From: Anolis carolinensis
Lineage: Eukaryota
DNA length: 64,000 nucleotides
Direction of reading: 5' to 3'
Assembly (NCBI RefSeq): GCF_035594765.1
Contig: NC_085842.1
Span: forward strand, 243,671,747 to 243,735,746
Shown here piece after piece: positions 11,183-23,940 of the stretch. Below the pieces are notes generated by a model. It had not been told where the DNA came from and made no database searches. It was given only the letters and a program-made list of their open reading frames with translations. Both the position numbers and the translations under genes were made by a program. The first letter of the stretch is position 1. The number at the start of each line of letters is the position of its first letter.

Positions 11183-13149
11183 TAATTCCCATTCCAGGTC
11201 TACATTCTCTTGGTTTTGGCCAAATATGTTACATGCTATCTGCAGGGATATGCCCCTTCAGAAACCCTATTTTTATTTCCTAGTTACAGGGAGTTGTTGC
11301 AACCAAGGACTGCATTGAAGTGCCACTTCCTAGCCAGAAAATTCTGACTCAAAGTCTTCAAGCCTTATCCTGTTAAAAGTTACTTGAAATCCAGAAGTCA
11401 AACTAATGAAGCCAAAGGCAGGAGCAACAGTAGCTCCTTCAAAATTGAAAGGTCCCTTGGTGCCAGTGGAACACCAAGGCTCTATCTGCACTCCCATATT
11501 GCTGTCTAGACTCATATCATGCATTATTATTATAATAATATTTATATCCCACTTTTTCTCTCCACAAAGGAGATGCAAAGTCATTTAAAATCTACAAATA
11601 TACAAACATTAAAACATAATTAAAGATCAATGGAATAAAAAATTCCCTGTTAAAATTCATAAAAACTGATCAGGAACATATGACCCAGCCAGTTTTAATA
11701 ATGAATTTTAAACTCATTATATTTTAATCTTTGTTCTGTGTATATAATATATGCATTTTATAGAAATACTTTTTAATATGTGTATTTTATGTAATGATTT
11801 TGTGTTTTTAGCTATGTTGCAACCTGCCTGGAGCTACGAGAAGAGGCGGGTAGGAAATAAAATTATGATGATGGTGATGCATTAAATGGCTGTGTATACG
11901 GACCCCAAACTAAAGCACCATTTAATAATTTGAAGGATGTTGTGTTGATGTGGCCCTTGTGCACAAACACAATCCAAAATGACTGTATGCATCCTCCCAA
12001 CTGATTCAGGTAAAGTGTTTTCCTCGGCTTCTATTTTGAGGGGTGTTGTTATAAAATGGTATGCTGATAAGAAATTGGATAGGATGCTGAAATAGTGTTG
12101 ATACAGCATGTCCAGTTGTTGTGTACTGTTAGGTGGTTTCCAATGTATCCTATCATGGGGCTCATCCCAGGTCACACAGTGGCTTCAATGGCTGGATGAG
12201 AAACTGAACCCTGGCTTAAAGTTGATCTCAAACCACTACATTGTCGGCTGTTAGGAATTGTGGCAGTTGAAGTCCAAATTGCCTGGAGGGCTGCAGTTTG
12301 CCTATGCCTAGTGTAGGTGCACCCAGGGATTTAGAAGTGATATAAGGTGCAGCTATACCTTAGAAGTAATGCAGTTTGACACCACTTTAGCCAACATGGC
12401 TCAATGTGAATTGTAGTTTTACACTGTCTTTAGCCTTCTCTGCCGAAGAGTGCTGGTGTCTTGCCAAACTCGAGTTCTCGTGACTTTGTAGCATCAAGCA
12501 AAGCATCACGATACCAGGGAAAGGGAAGGATGGGGGATCCTATTTAAACAGGATCAAATAATTTAAATTCTTTCAGCTTCTTCCTCCCTCGATTCCACAG
12601 CAGTCATTCCTTGTAAGTTTCTGTCCACAACTAGCACTGACTTGCTCACTATGACACCAAACAAATACTGGGCCATGACGGCCTCCTTTTTTATCGATCG
12701 CTCCTCCTCAGGCCCATTTTGCCCAGGCTCTGAACCGGTCTTTCCTGCTCCACTTGCCAGGCAGAGAGACCCTATCTCAGACATGGGGAAACGGTAGGCT
12801 GTTAGGAATTGTGGGAGTTGAAGTCTAAAACACCTGGAGGGCCCAAGTTTGTCCATGCCTAGTCTAACCCTATAAAATCCTCAGGGAGCCAAGAAAGAAA
12901 AACAGCAGGTGCATTTACACTGTGGAATGAATGCAGTTTAACACCACTTGAACCGCCCTGGCTCAATGCTGTGGAGTCATGGGAGTTGTAATCTGGTGAG
13001 AGGCACCAGTGCTTTTTAGAAGAGAAGCTTGTGAAACTGCGGCTCCCAGGATCCCATAGCCTTGCGCCATGGTAGTAAAAGTGGTGTCAAACTGTGTTAA
13101 TCCTACAGTGTAGCTGCATTGCATGGCTCCTCCTTCATTCTCTGGAGGT

Positions 13150-13481
13150 GCTCTCATTGCTCACCTGCAACCTGATCACAGCCCGCCCTGAACAAAACAC
13201 CTCCTCCAAGTTTCTTTTATTCCCCACTGTCCCTCCCTTTCCCTGATATCATAGAAGCAGGAAATAGCCTGACTCAGAAAAGAAAGGCAAAAACAAAAAG
13301 GCAAACAAAGTATCCTGCGAGAGGATCAACACACCCTCCTGGCCTGCTTCCTGATCGAAGGAAAGGGAGGTGGCACTGGCCGGAGGAAGCTGGCCGGATC
13401 CTTGTGGCAAACCTGCCTCGTGTGCTTATTTCACCCTCCAAGTACCTGCTGGGTTTCCAAATAGGATTGTTTCCATTACAG
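13150..13481 (+). promoter_or_regulatory. Candidate distal TJP2 promoter and non-coding first exon (ZO-2C-like)
   Basis: Unique sequence among TEs with locally retained CpGs, E-box CACCTG ~13162, GC box CCGCCC ~13183, AP-1 TGACTCA 13270-13276, ending in strong donor CAG|gtaagg at 13481/13482. Mammalian TJP2 has a distal non-coding first exon. Confidence 0.4.
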
Positions 13482-13562
13482 GTAAGGCTTTACCTTTACT
13501 TTTTTGGGCCAATGTGCCTCTTGTTATCCCTCCACAGTGTTTGCACACCCGCCTGATTCAAA

Positions 13563-13863
13563 GGCTGGATCTACACTGCCATATAATTCAGATCATCAAA
13601 GCAGATAATCCATGGCCTTTTCACACAGTCCTATATCTCAGAATATCAAGGCAAAAAATCCCACAGTATCTGCTTTGAACTGGGTTATCTGAGTTCACAC
13701 TGCCATTTATTCTAGTTCAAAGCAGTTAATGTGGGATTTTATTCGGCTGTGTGGAAGGGGCCCCACATTATCTGCTTTGAACTGAATTATATGAGTCTAC
13801 ATTGCCATATAATCCAGATCAGAGTAGATAATCTGGATTTCGTATGGTAGTGTAGATGGGGCC
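13563..13863. mobile_element. Harbinger-like palindromic MITE with a related MITE nested at ~13614-13762
   Basis: atctacactgccatataat termini; un-nested copy at 21842-21980. Confidence 0.75.
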
Positions 13864-14779
13864 TAAGATGTATTTAAATATACATACAAATTTGACAGAA
13901 AAAGTAGTTCAATACAAAATAATGCTATGTAGTAATTACTGCATTTACGAATTTAGCACCAAAATATCACGATTTATTGAAAACCGACTACAAAAATGCG
14001 TTGGATAATCCAGAATGTTGGATAAGCGAGTGTTGGATAAGTGAGACTCTACTGTATATACTTATTGAAAAGGGAAATTGTATGCATACGCCTAGGGAGA
14101 AAATACCCTCTTGAAGTTATCTAGGCTTCCCTGCCAGTTTAGGGGGAAACAGGAGCTGCATCCACACTGCAAAATGAATGCAGTTTGACAGCACTTGAAC
14201 AGCCAGGGCTCAATGCTATGGATTCATGGGAGTTGTAGTTTGGTGAGGCACCAGCAGTCTTGGGAAGAGAAGGCTAGAGATCTTGTAAACAAACCCCAAG
14301 ATCCCATAGCATTGAACCATGGCAATTAAAGTGGTGCTAACCTGCATTAATTTTACATTATGGATCCTAACTTTTGTTTCGAAGCATGGCCACGTGGCAA
14401 CTGCTGAACAGGTTTCCAGTTTTATCAATCTCCTATTTAATGTTTGAGCCCAGACTTCAGGCACGATGTAGCCCACGGTCAAGAGATTGGACTTCTTTCC
14501 TGGAAATATTCTCATCTGGTTCTCTAAATTCTTAATGGGGTAAAATTCAAAGGAGATTTCAATCTGAATCCCAGTTATGTGCCTGTGCCTTCTTGCTACT
14601 CTTCCCTTCTCAGTGTTTGTTTGATTTGTACTTTGTTGTTGTGTGCCTTCAAGTCATTTCCAATTTATGGCAAAGCTGTTATGGGATTTTCAGGGGCCGG
14701 GAGAATGCGACTTGCTCAAGGTCAACCCATGGGTTTCTATGACTGAACTGAACCCTGATCTAGGAAGTCATAATCTAGA

Positions 14780-15160
14780 CAGGACTGGATTAAGATTTTT
14801 TGAAGCCCTAAGCACTTAAAAGATTTTGGAGGTCCTATATATGTATGTGTATATATATACAATACAAAACAGTAAAAGAAAATATTATTTTTGAAATGAA
14901 GCAAAACTTACCGTAAAATGTTAAAACAGTGTTTTGTTGTGTGTACTTTTGCTTTATTTATATTCAAAAAGTTTTTTTTTCCTATTTTTTCTAATTGAAG
15001 TCTTTTAAGGAATCTAGTTCAGCTGCACCATTTGCAGGTTTGCACCGTAGAGTCCATTGTACATCTGTCAGTGAATTTTGTGTGTGTGTGTGTGTAATGC
15101 CTCCTTCCCTTGATGCCCTAAATAGGTGCTTGTCTTGCTTAATGATTGATTCCAGCCATG
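14780..15160. mobile_element. Old non-autonomous hAT-like element
   Basis: caggactggattaa...gattccagccatg degenerate termini with gccctaa subterminal motifs. Confidence 0.5.
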
Positions 15161-16647
15161 TTTCTACCCAGTGTTTGATATGTACTTTGTTTTGGGCCTT
15201 CAAATTATTCCAACTTGCAGCAAACCTATCTTGGGTTTTGTGGACCTGAGAGTTCCTTACTCACCCAAAGTCACCTAGTGTTTCTCCATGACCAAATGGG
15301 GAATTGAACCCTTGTCTCCAGAGTCGTAGTCTAATGCTCAAACCAATACACTACGCTGGCTCTCTGGATTTGTACAATTGTCTATGTTTTGCATGCAGTT
15401 GACAAGTGTTTCAGGCTGATTGTAGTAGTGCCTTCCAGGCAGAAGGAGGCACCCTTTCCTCTTTTTAATCCTACCTCTTAACAGGTAGAAGGGAGAGAGT
15501 AATTCCAGTTACAGCCAAAGGCCTCTTTAACAGGATTAAAGGCCTAGATGTGTCTGTTTCCATGCTTAGCACTCTCAAGGAAGCTGATGATGAGGTTTCG
15601 TAGGCGGGTGAGGTGGCACCTGGATGAATCAGAGTCTGTCTCATGGCCGGAGAAGAGTTCGAAAGGGAGAACCAGGGAGAGGTCTAACACCCAGAGGAGA
15701 CTCTCTTCTGGCAGGATGAAACAAAACAAAAAATCCAGCTGTAATTTAGGAGGGGGTTGGTGAAACAAGAGGCTTCCCTAAATTATATAATGCATCAATG
15801 AGATCATATCTTGTGAAAAAAATAGTTATATTGTAAGCCGCCCAGAGTCCCCTTATTGAGTGAGAAGGGTGGGGTAGAAATACTGTAATAAATAAATAAA
15901 TAGGATATAAATTCAATAAATACACAGAAAAAAGAATTGTGAATGTATTTGATTTATTTTTTCCTGCCTTTCTCCCAATCTAGGGGTCTCAAATTACTTA
16001 AATGTCTTATGTAAAACTTCAGCACATCTTACAATGGAGGTGGGAGCTTCTAGAGGTTTGTGGATCACAACTCCCAGCATTCCTCACTTTGGACTGTGTC
16101 AGCTAGGGGTGATATAATAATAATAATCATCATCATCATCTTTATTTGTACCCCGCCATCAACTCCCCAAAGGGACTCGGGTGGCTCACAGAAGCACTCC
16201 AAGTGCCACATAAAACAACAATTCACAAGTATTGACATAAATATAAACAACAGCATATATAAAATCCCACTAATAAAATTGTAAGAGTATAAAATGATAA
16301 AGATTCCTAAAGTGCAATCAACGTGTGTAGCAGTACAATCAGTGGTTCATCACGCTGACCATAGATGAAAGTTGTACTCTTTAAAAGCTGGAAGACTGTA
16401 TGTTTATACCATTGAGTTTATTTCATTCCTTCTCCACCATTGTCTTCCACACTTATAAAAAGACACATAAGCAGCAGGCCCAAGTGGTGGAGGAAGCTGA
16501 TATAAAGTGCTTGTGCTCTGTGGTCTAAAAGGGGACTTAAACCTGAATATATTGCATATGTTTTTGTCATTCTTGATGGCTTAATTGTTCATCAAATGTT
16601 TTTGACACCCATTGTAAAACCAGGGAATTTCAAAGAAAATAATAATA

Positions 16648-16864
16648 CAGTGGGCCGTTAGTATTTGCTTGGGTTTGGTTCAAGGACCCCCTGTGGATAC
16701 CAAAATCAGCGGATGCCAAAGTCCCATTATATATGATGGCATAGTAAAATGGTGTCTCTTATATAAGATGTCAAAATCAAGGTTTCTTTTTTGAATTTTA
16801 AAAAATTATTTTCAAGGATGGTGGAATCTTTGGATATAGATTGTATGTATACGGAGGCTTACTG
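16648..16864. mobile_element. Old Tigger/MER2-like MITE
   Basis: TA-cagt...actg-TA; ggacccc..tggataccaaaatc motif; related pieces at ~20628-20821 and ~39410-39600. Confidence 0.65.
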
Positions 16865-18268
16865 TACTATAAAAAAAATCGGCATTACAGAATACTAAAG
16901 TTTTTAAAGCCCTTGGTGGAACTGAAGTGGGAGAGAAGCTGCCAATAAAATGCAGAAGAACATAGTAAATTCACAGAATGGGAAGAAGGGAACCAGTGGG
17001 ATGGGCAAGCAGTGTTAGAAGAAACTGCAGGTTAAATGCATTAACTCTGACAACAGTGAAAGCCACTGGAAGCTGAAATCAGTAGGTCCTTCAGCATTAT
17101 CAGAGGAATTTGACAATAGCATCACACTGGAGGACCTAGAGATTCCTAGAAAAAACAAATCAATTAATAATGAAGTACACAGAATTCAAGACTGCAATTG
17201 TGAATGGATGACTGTACTAACAAAGCTCACAGCTGAAGTTAAAAGGACTGGGTTTCAGTATTGTGTCATAGCAAATGTTGCTAAGAGTTTCTGTTTGCAT
17301 TCATAATAATCCAAGTAATGTGTTTGTGCATATGTCCAGAGAGATGTCAGGAATTCCTGTAGTCTTAAAAATATTATTGCTTCCCATTAATTTGGTTGGT
17401 AATTAAATCAAACAACTGTTTCTTTGTATTAGGAAACTTTACATGCCTCCCTTCAAAAACTTTATCAGTACCGTTTACACAGCAAAGTACTGTACTGTAT
17501 TAGTCATATAACAATACTTTGCAGTTTGAGCAGTGCATTTTTAAAAATTTCCCAGCTCTCCTGGCTGGACCATTTTCAGGGCAAAGGGAGAACTCTCTGG
17601 GTGAAAGTGCTGCCCTAAAAATAGTAAAAAAAATTCCTGTGTATTGTTGGTCCTTGCTGCTGCAGCCTGCTTTGAGGTGCCTGTTGCATACTAGACTCCT
17701 TCTTTTCATCTTTCCTTCTCATTTCCTTCCATCTCAAAATTTCTCTGGGATCAGGCTGCACTTGAAAATCCTGAGTTGCCTCAATATTTACTAGCTAATT
17801 CCTGTGTTATTACTGGATTGCTGCTTTATGGCTTTTTTACTTTCTTATTTGCTTTCCTGGTTCTGTTTCCACCTTCTTCACCCCATTCTGAAACAATTGA
17901 AGACACTGTACAAGTTCTTTTCTTAGCCTGAAGCACATGTCAATTGTTTACTTTAGGTCTGCTAAGGCACTTTCTCTTTTAATTCTTGCTTTCTCTTCTC
18001 TCTCTCTTCTTCTCACCTCAACTTCTGCCCAAGATGTATTCTTCTTCCTACTCTCTTGTAATCTCTGTCCTTTTTTCATTCACGCAGACATTTCATGCAT
18101 TCATCTGCTCACTTGTTCTAGACTGGCTGGGGCTGATGGGATTTAAATTAAAAACCATGGTAAACAAAGTTACATTAAGTATAGAACAGCTTCAGTTCAA
18201 GACAACCATAACAGTGGTCCTAGCAGTTTGTTAAAGTAGAAACATGGAATCTTTATGATACCTTAAAG

Positions 18269-18578
18269 CAGTGGTTCCCAAACTTTTTTTGACCAAGGAC
18301 CACTTTGACCAGGGACCACTCTCCAACATTAGTACCAAAAGGCTTACGAATCAGCTTTTGGTCAATTTTAGGTTCGGTTTGGTTATTTGAGGTTCTGATT
18401 TAGAAATTTGCATTAGATAGACCTTATCAGCTCCAATTTCTGATACAGAACATATGCTATCCAGTATTTGCCATCTGCTTGCCCACAGAAAACCATATTT
18501 AATAATCTAGAGCTGATTTTCCCCTCATGTCTCGTGGACGTTATTTTAGGATTCATGGCTCACAGGTTGGAATCACTG
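18269..18578. mobile_element. Non-autonomous hAT (Charlie-like)
   Basis: cagtggttcccaa TIR; TSD c(c/t)ttaaag; reverse copy at 45604-45979. Confidence 0.85.
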
Positions 18579-20917
18579 CTTTAAAGCCTAACAAGGGCTG
18601 CAGTCCAAGATATCCAGTGGAAAGTTTATGCAAAATAAAACGTGTTAATTTTCAAGAATCCACATGGCCACAGGAGCTACTGAAGGGATTACAGATAAAT
18701 GGCCTGGGGGTCTGTATCCAGTGGAGTTGAGCTGCTGACGCTGGTGGTGTTATTGTTATCATCATCACCATTACAATCATCTCATGTCCTTTCCCCAAAT
18801 GAAAATAATATATTTTGAAGTAGTTTCCAGTTCAGCTGCCTGCTGAATGCAGAGAATCCAATATCTGCTTTACAAAGGAAGGATTTCTCATTGCCTTCCA
18901 AAGTGGCTTATTCCAGTGTCGAACAGTTCCTATTGTCAGGATGTTTTTCTAACTTAGTTGAAATCCCTGTACCCATGACTGTCCACTGAAGTTTATCGAT
19001 AGAGCCTGATTTCTAAATTATTTTGCGTTTACTCTTCATGATTCGCTAAAAAACGTTTCAACCCCTTTGTGCACCTGCTAACAGGAGCTGGGCAAAGTTT
19101 TTCCCCTTCGACTGCAACTTCCATCTGCCTGATCCAATTTCGCACTTTGCCCACTCAACTGCTGTGGAGGTGAGAGGTAGATTTTGTCCTTAGCATGGAT
19201 GGGGAAAGGTTAAATCAGGTCCTCTATACTGTCCATAGCTTCTCTCCCTAAAGCTGATTTTAGCAATAAAAAACAGTTTGTTTGTGCATGCCTTGTGTCA
19301 CGTCTAGTTTGGCCCCGAAGCCAATCTGTCCTTCTGGTTCAAATTCCTGCTGTTCTGGAGCTAATCAGGCCATTTGTAATTCAGCCTTTGTTTTCCAGTT
19401 CTTTTTTTAAATAATCTTTTAATGCTATATAACTGATAATATAAAATTACAAATAAAGTAGATTACATATAATAAAATAAGCACGGTAACTAATAAAACA
19501 CAACACATACATATAGATCTAATCAGCTGTTTACTAACAAAAACAATTTTAACAATCTAGCTAACATGTATATAAGCACATAACACAGGGATATAGATGA
19601 CTTCCTACTTGCCATATTGTGATTATAAAATATCCATTATCTAGGTCAGTGTGGTCCAACCCACGGGCCGCGGGCTGCATATGGCCCACCAATTCATTTT
19701 TGTTGGCCTTTGCCCTTCTTACTGGAAAAATATTTTAATTATGTAATTCAATATTAATATTTTAATTATGAAATTCAATATTAATCATGTAATTCATTTA
19801 CATTTACTATTTAACTACCATGAGTGTTGTTTTTACTTATTTATGAATTTAAGTTTCCACCAAAACCTAATGTTACTCCTGTTCCCCAGTTTCCCCCCAT
19901 ATATTGTTTCCCAGTTCCTAAAATATAATCTTGCTACTTCAAGTGATGACAGCAGCAATTTTTAGGCCTCAGGAATTACCAACGTTGGAAATTTTGTTTC
20001 TTGGACTCCATCAACTTTGAATCTTGTGAATGATGTTTGTACCTGCATAGTCTTATATAAATCCCATGTAAAAGAACATTAAATTCGTGGGATTTCTTTT
20101 GGCAGAATGCTTTACAAATTGTCTGTGTCTGTATCCAATGGAGTTGAGCAGAGATATTGCTTGGTGAATAGGGTAGAGATGATGAATCTCTAGACAGAAC
20201 ATAACAGTCCAGAAATTCCTGTTTGAACCAGAACAAACTCTTCCTTTCTTCCTAAAATGTGTGCTCAGTTTGTTATGCTGCAGAGAATGTATGTTTAATA
20301 TCTAATGTTTTTTTTAATAATGATACCTCAAAAACAGTTACTTAGAAGAGATATAAAGTTCCACCAAAACTATAGGAAACCTGCAACCGCAGATACAATG
20401 TTTATACTGACATAATGGAGAAGGCAGTGTTCAAAAGTAGTTCATTGTTTGTTTTTGTTTTATCTTCTTCTTTTCTCAATCATTTATCTGTTTCTGTCCT
20501 GGCAGGAAGCTTAAAGATTTACAAGGCAGAATAAATGTAGCAATTCTGACATTCCCACCCAACCTATTGGATAATTTCATAGCCAAATGCTTTTAACTTT
20601 GCCTGAATTTTCAGCTTTTTAAAAACACAGTCAGCTCTATGTATCCATGGATTCTGTATCCACAGATTCCACCACCCATGTCATTAATTTTTCTTAATTC
20701 CAAAAAGCAGACCTTTATTTTCATTACTCCATTGGACGTAATGGAACTTGAGGATCCATAGATTTGGGCATCTAAAGGAAGTCTTGGAACCAAGCCCTAG
20801 CAGATATCAAGAGTACATTGTAGACTAATACAAATACAAATTTGACACTATGTTTGCCTTCCAATAAATAAGGGCAAAAGTCCCATAAAATAAAATAATA
20901 ACTTGCCTTCTAGGTTG

Positions 20918-21255
20918 CAGTGTTCCCTCACTTATCGCGGGGGTTGTGTTCCAGGACCACCCGCAATAAGTGAAAATCTGCGAAGTAGGGAAGCTAGGTT
21001 TCTCCTTAGGAAGGAAGTAGAAAGAGAGAGGGAAGGAGGAAGGGAAGAAAGAGGCAGGGGAACATGACGCTGCCTCTTTCTCCTCTCACTGCCGTTTGGG
21101 CTCCTTCTCCGCTCTGCCGCCCGCACCCGACTGAGACCACCGCCACTGTAAATCATAAGTTTTTATGATATATAATATTATTTTAGTGTTTATTTAAAAA
21201 ACCAAGAAACAGCAAGTCCGCAAAAAGCGAACTGTGACGTAGTGAGGGAACACTG
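20918..21255. mobile_element. Tigger-like MITE (TIR cagtgttccctcact)
   Basis: Inverted termini, TA on right, CpG-retaining interior. Confidence 0.82.
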
Positions 21256-21337
21256 TACTTCCATTTTCCATTTATAGCATGTCTACAGTTGAAAGACTAA
21301 AATTATTTCTTTTCAAGGACAGAAATATTTTTATTTA

Positions 21338-21656
21338 CAGTAGAGTCTCACTTATCCAACATAAACGGGCTGGAAGAATGTTGGATAAGCGAATATGTTG
21401 GATAATAAGGAGGGATTAAGGAAAAGCCTATTAAACATCAAATTAGGTTATGATTTTACAAATTAAGCACCAAAACATCATGATGTACCACAAATTTGAC
21501 AGAAAAAATAGTTCATTACACATTAATGCTATGTAGTAATTACTGGGTTTACGAATTTAGCATCAAAATATCACTATGTATTGAAAACATTGACTACAAA
21601 AATGTGTTGGATAATCCAGAATGTTGGATGAGTGTTGGATAAGTGAGACTCTACTG
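21338..21656. mobile_element. pogo/Tigger-like MITE (TIR cagtagagtctcacttatccaa)
   Basis: Long TIRs, TA TSD; other copies at 25944-26264 and partial at ~13886-14055. Confidence 0.9.
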
Positions 21657-22150
21657 TATTTATTTAGAGTATATTTGTATTCCAACCTTCAGAGAAAAGG
21701 GCTCCCAGAGTGGCTTAAAAATTATTAATTTAACAGTTCCGTGCTATCAGATTCACAATCCAAAAGAAAACATGAGACATATTTGTCTTAGCAGGACATC
21801 AAAAGGAGAGTGGGAGAGGGAAAGGAAGAATTTAGCAGTGAGGCTCGATCTACACTGCCATATAATCCAGTATCTGATCACAGATTATCTGATATGAACT
21901 GGATTATATGAGTCTACACTGCCATATGATCCAGTTTAAAGCAGATAATCTGGATTTTATATGGCAGTGTAGATGGGACCTAGGACTAAATAGTTTTTTA
22001 AAATGGGTTTTCATGGATTTTAATTAACTTCTTGGCCAGTGTTGCAAACTGCATCAGCCTGTATCCTATTATGCACTGATTTAACCCACAAAACTAAGTA
22101 ACTATTAATACAGCTGGACATTGATATTAACTTGATAAGTGCATCTGAAG

Positions 22151-22396
22151 GGGCCACGGTGGCACAATGGATTAAACCTTGTGCTGGCTGAACTGCTGAA
22201 GATTGGTGGTTTGAATCTGTGAGACAGCATGAGTCTGTCTGCCCCATCTTCCCATGCGGGGACATGAGAGAAGTTTCCCAGCAGGATGGTAACACATCTA
22301 GGCATCCCCTGGGCAACATCTTTGTAGAAGGCTGATTCTGTCATACCAGAAGCGAATTGCAGTATGTTCTCAATTTGCTTCTGACACAATAAAACA
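22151..22396 (+). mobile_element. AnolisSINE2-type SINE
   Basis: Same family; TSD atctgaag at 22143/22397. Confidence 0.87.
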
Positions 22397-22890
22397 ATCT
22401 GAAGAGGTGGATTAAAATCCATGAAGGTTTGTGCTAAAATATATCAGTCTCAAAGGTATTACTAGATTCCTCCATTCGCCTCCCCTCTTTTTGACTAATT
22501 TCTGCAAGACATTGTCCATATTTTCAGGTTTTACTCTTACGGATCTTACCCACGGATTTGATTACTACATTCCCTCTAGGAATCTCTAAGTCCTCTGGCA
22601 CAGCTATGGTCAACCTCTTCTAGATTGTGTTGGAGCACCTAGATTCCCAGTGATATATTAGCTCAGAAAAAAAAAATCATATTCAGGTTTTCTTCAATTT
22701 TGTGAGGGTCCTGTCCTCCTAACCCCATTGAAAGTGGAAGAATATCTATACCGGTAGTTGCACCATACTTGTTTCTTAATATTAAAGGTATGTACCGGTA
22801 AACTTCTAGCTCATAATATGATAGGATGGTCTGTGGAGAGTACTATGTAGCCATTTAAACACTGTTGAAGTGCTCTTTCCAGTACAGGTA

Positions 22891-23940
22891 CCGTGTTTCC
22901 CTGAAAATAAGACAGTGTTTTATATAAATGCACTATGTCTTATTTCCAGGGGATGTCTTATTTTTCCATAAAGAAGAATTCACATTTATTGTTGAACAAA
23001 AAAATGAACATTTATTATATATTGTACAATAGTTGTCATCACAAACCAGCATAACCAGACAAATTGTGAATCCTATCAAGAATTTCTTGTTTACTACCAT
23101 TATTTCCATGTACAACAATCTATGGTATGTAAGTAAGTAAGTAAGTAAGTAAAAGTTTATTTGTATACCGTCCTCTCTCCCAAAAGGGACTCAGGGCGGT
23201 TTCCAATATAAAATCAGCATAAAACATTGTACAATAAAACACTGAAAACACTATAAAACGCTATAAGAATTAGAAACGAAAACAAAACATAACAATTGAC
23301 TAAAACAATCACATAAGCAGAAGGAATATAATCACTCAATATGAATCCGCAAAGAAAGAGGGGAAAAAAAGACCACTGGGATGGAGGAGAGGATGTCCTG
23401 GAGGGACCACTAGAACTAAAATGCAATGTGATATTCTAAGATGCTTTGGGGCAGAGGAATAAAGTGCAGTGTTTCAAGTCAAAGAGGTGGCCTGTGCGAC
23501 TACTATAGCTATGGGCTCGGTTATCCAAAGGCGCAGTGGAAGAGCCAGGTTTTAAGCAGCTTTTTGAAGGAAGCCAGGGTGGGTGCTTGCCGGATCTCCT
23601 CCGGAAGGGAATTCCAGATCCGGGGAGCAACAATAGAAAAGGCCTGCTCCCTCGTCCCCGCCAACCGAGCCTGGGATGGTGGCGGGAGCGAAAGAAGTGC
23701 CCTACCGGATGAACGAAGAGGACGAGTGGGTTCATAGCGGGAGATGCGGTCACAAAGGTAGGTGGGTCCCAAACCGTACATTTATCGATCCTGCATGCTC
23801 TAGTGTTCTGTTTGGCGGGCATGCTTCCAAACAAAAACTTTGCTAGGTCTTACTTTTGGGGAGGCCTTATATTTAGCAATTCAGCAAAATCTCTACTAGG
23901 TCTTATTTTCAGGGGATGTCTTATTTTCGGGAAAACAGGG
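22891..23940. mobile_element. Tc1/mariner-superfamily MITE (TIR cc(g/c)tgtttccc...aaaataagac) split by L2
   Basis: TIRs, TA flanks; uninterrupted copies at 48915 and 58666. Confidence 0.88.
23129..23781 (-). mobile_element. L2-clade LINE 3' end
   Basis: YGLGPTYL...LRSS...AFSIVAPRIWNSLPEEIRQAPTLASFKKLLKTWLF*, 3'UTR and (ACTT)n tail. Confidence 0.92.

Noticed and set aside
21338-21656. Recurrent ttggataa units suggesting a CRISPR-like or regulatory array
   Set aside because: Subterminal repeats of a multi-copy MITE in a vertebrate genome; no spacer structure.
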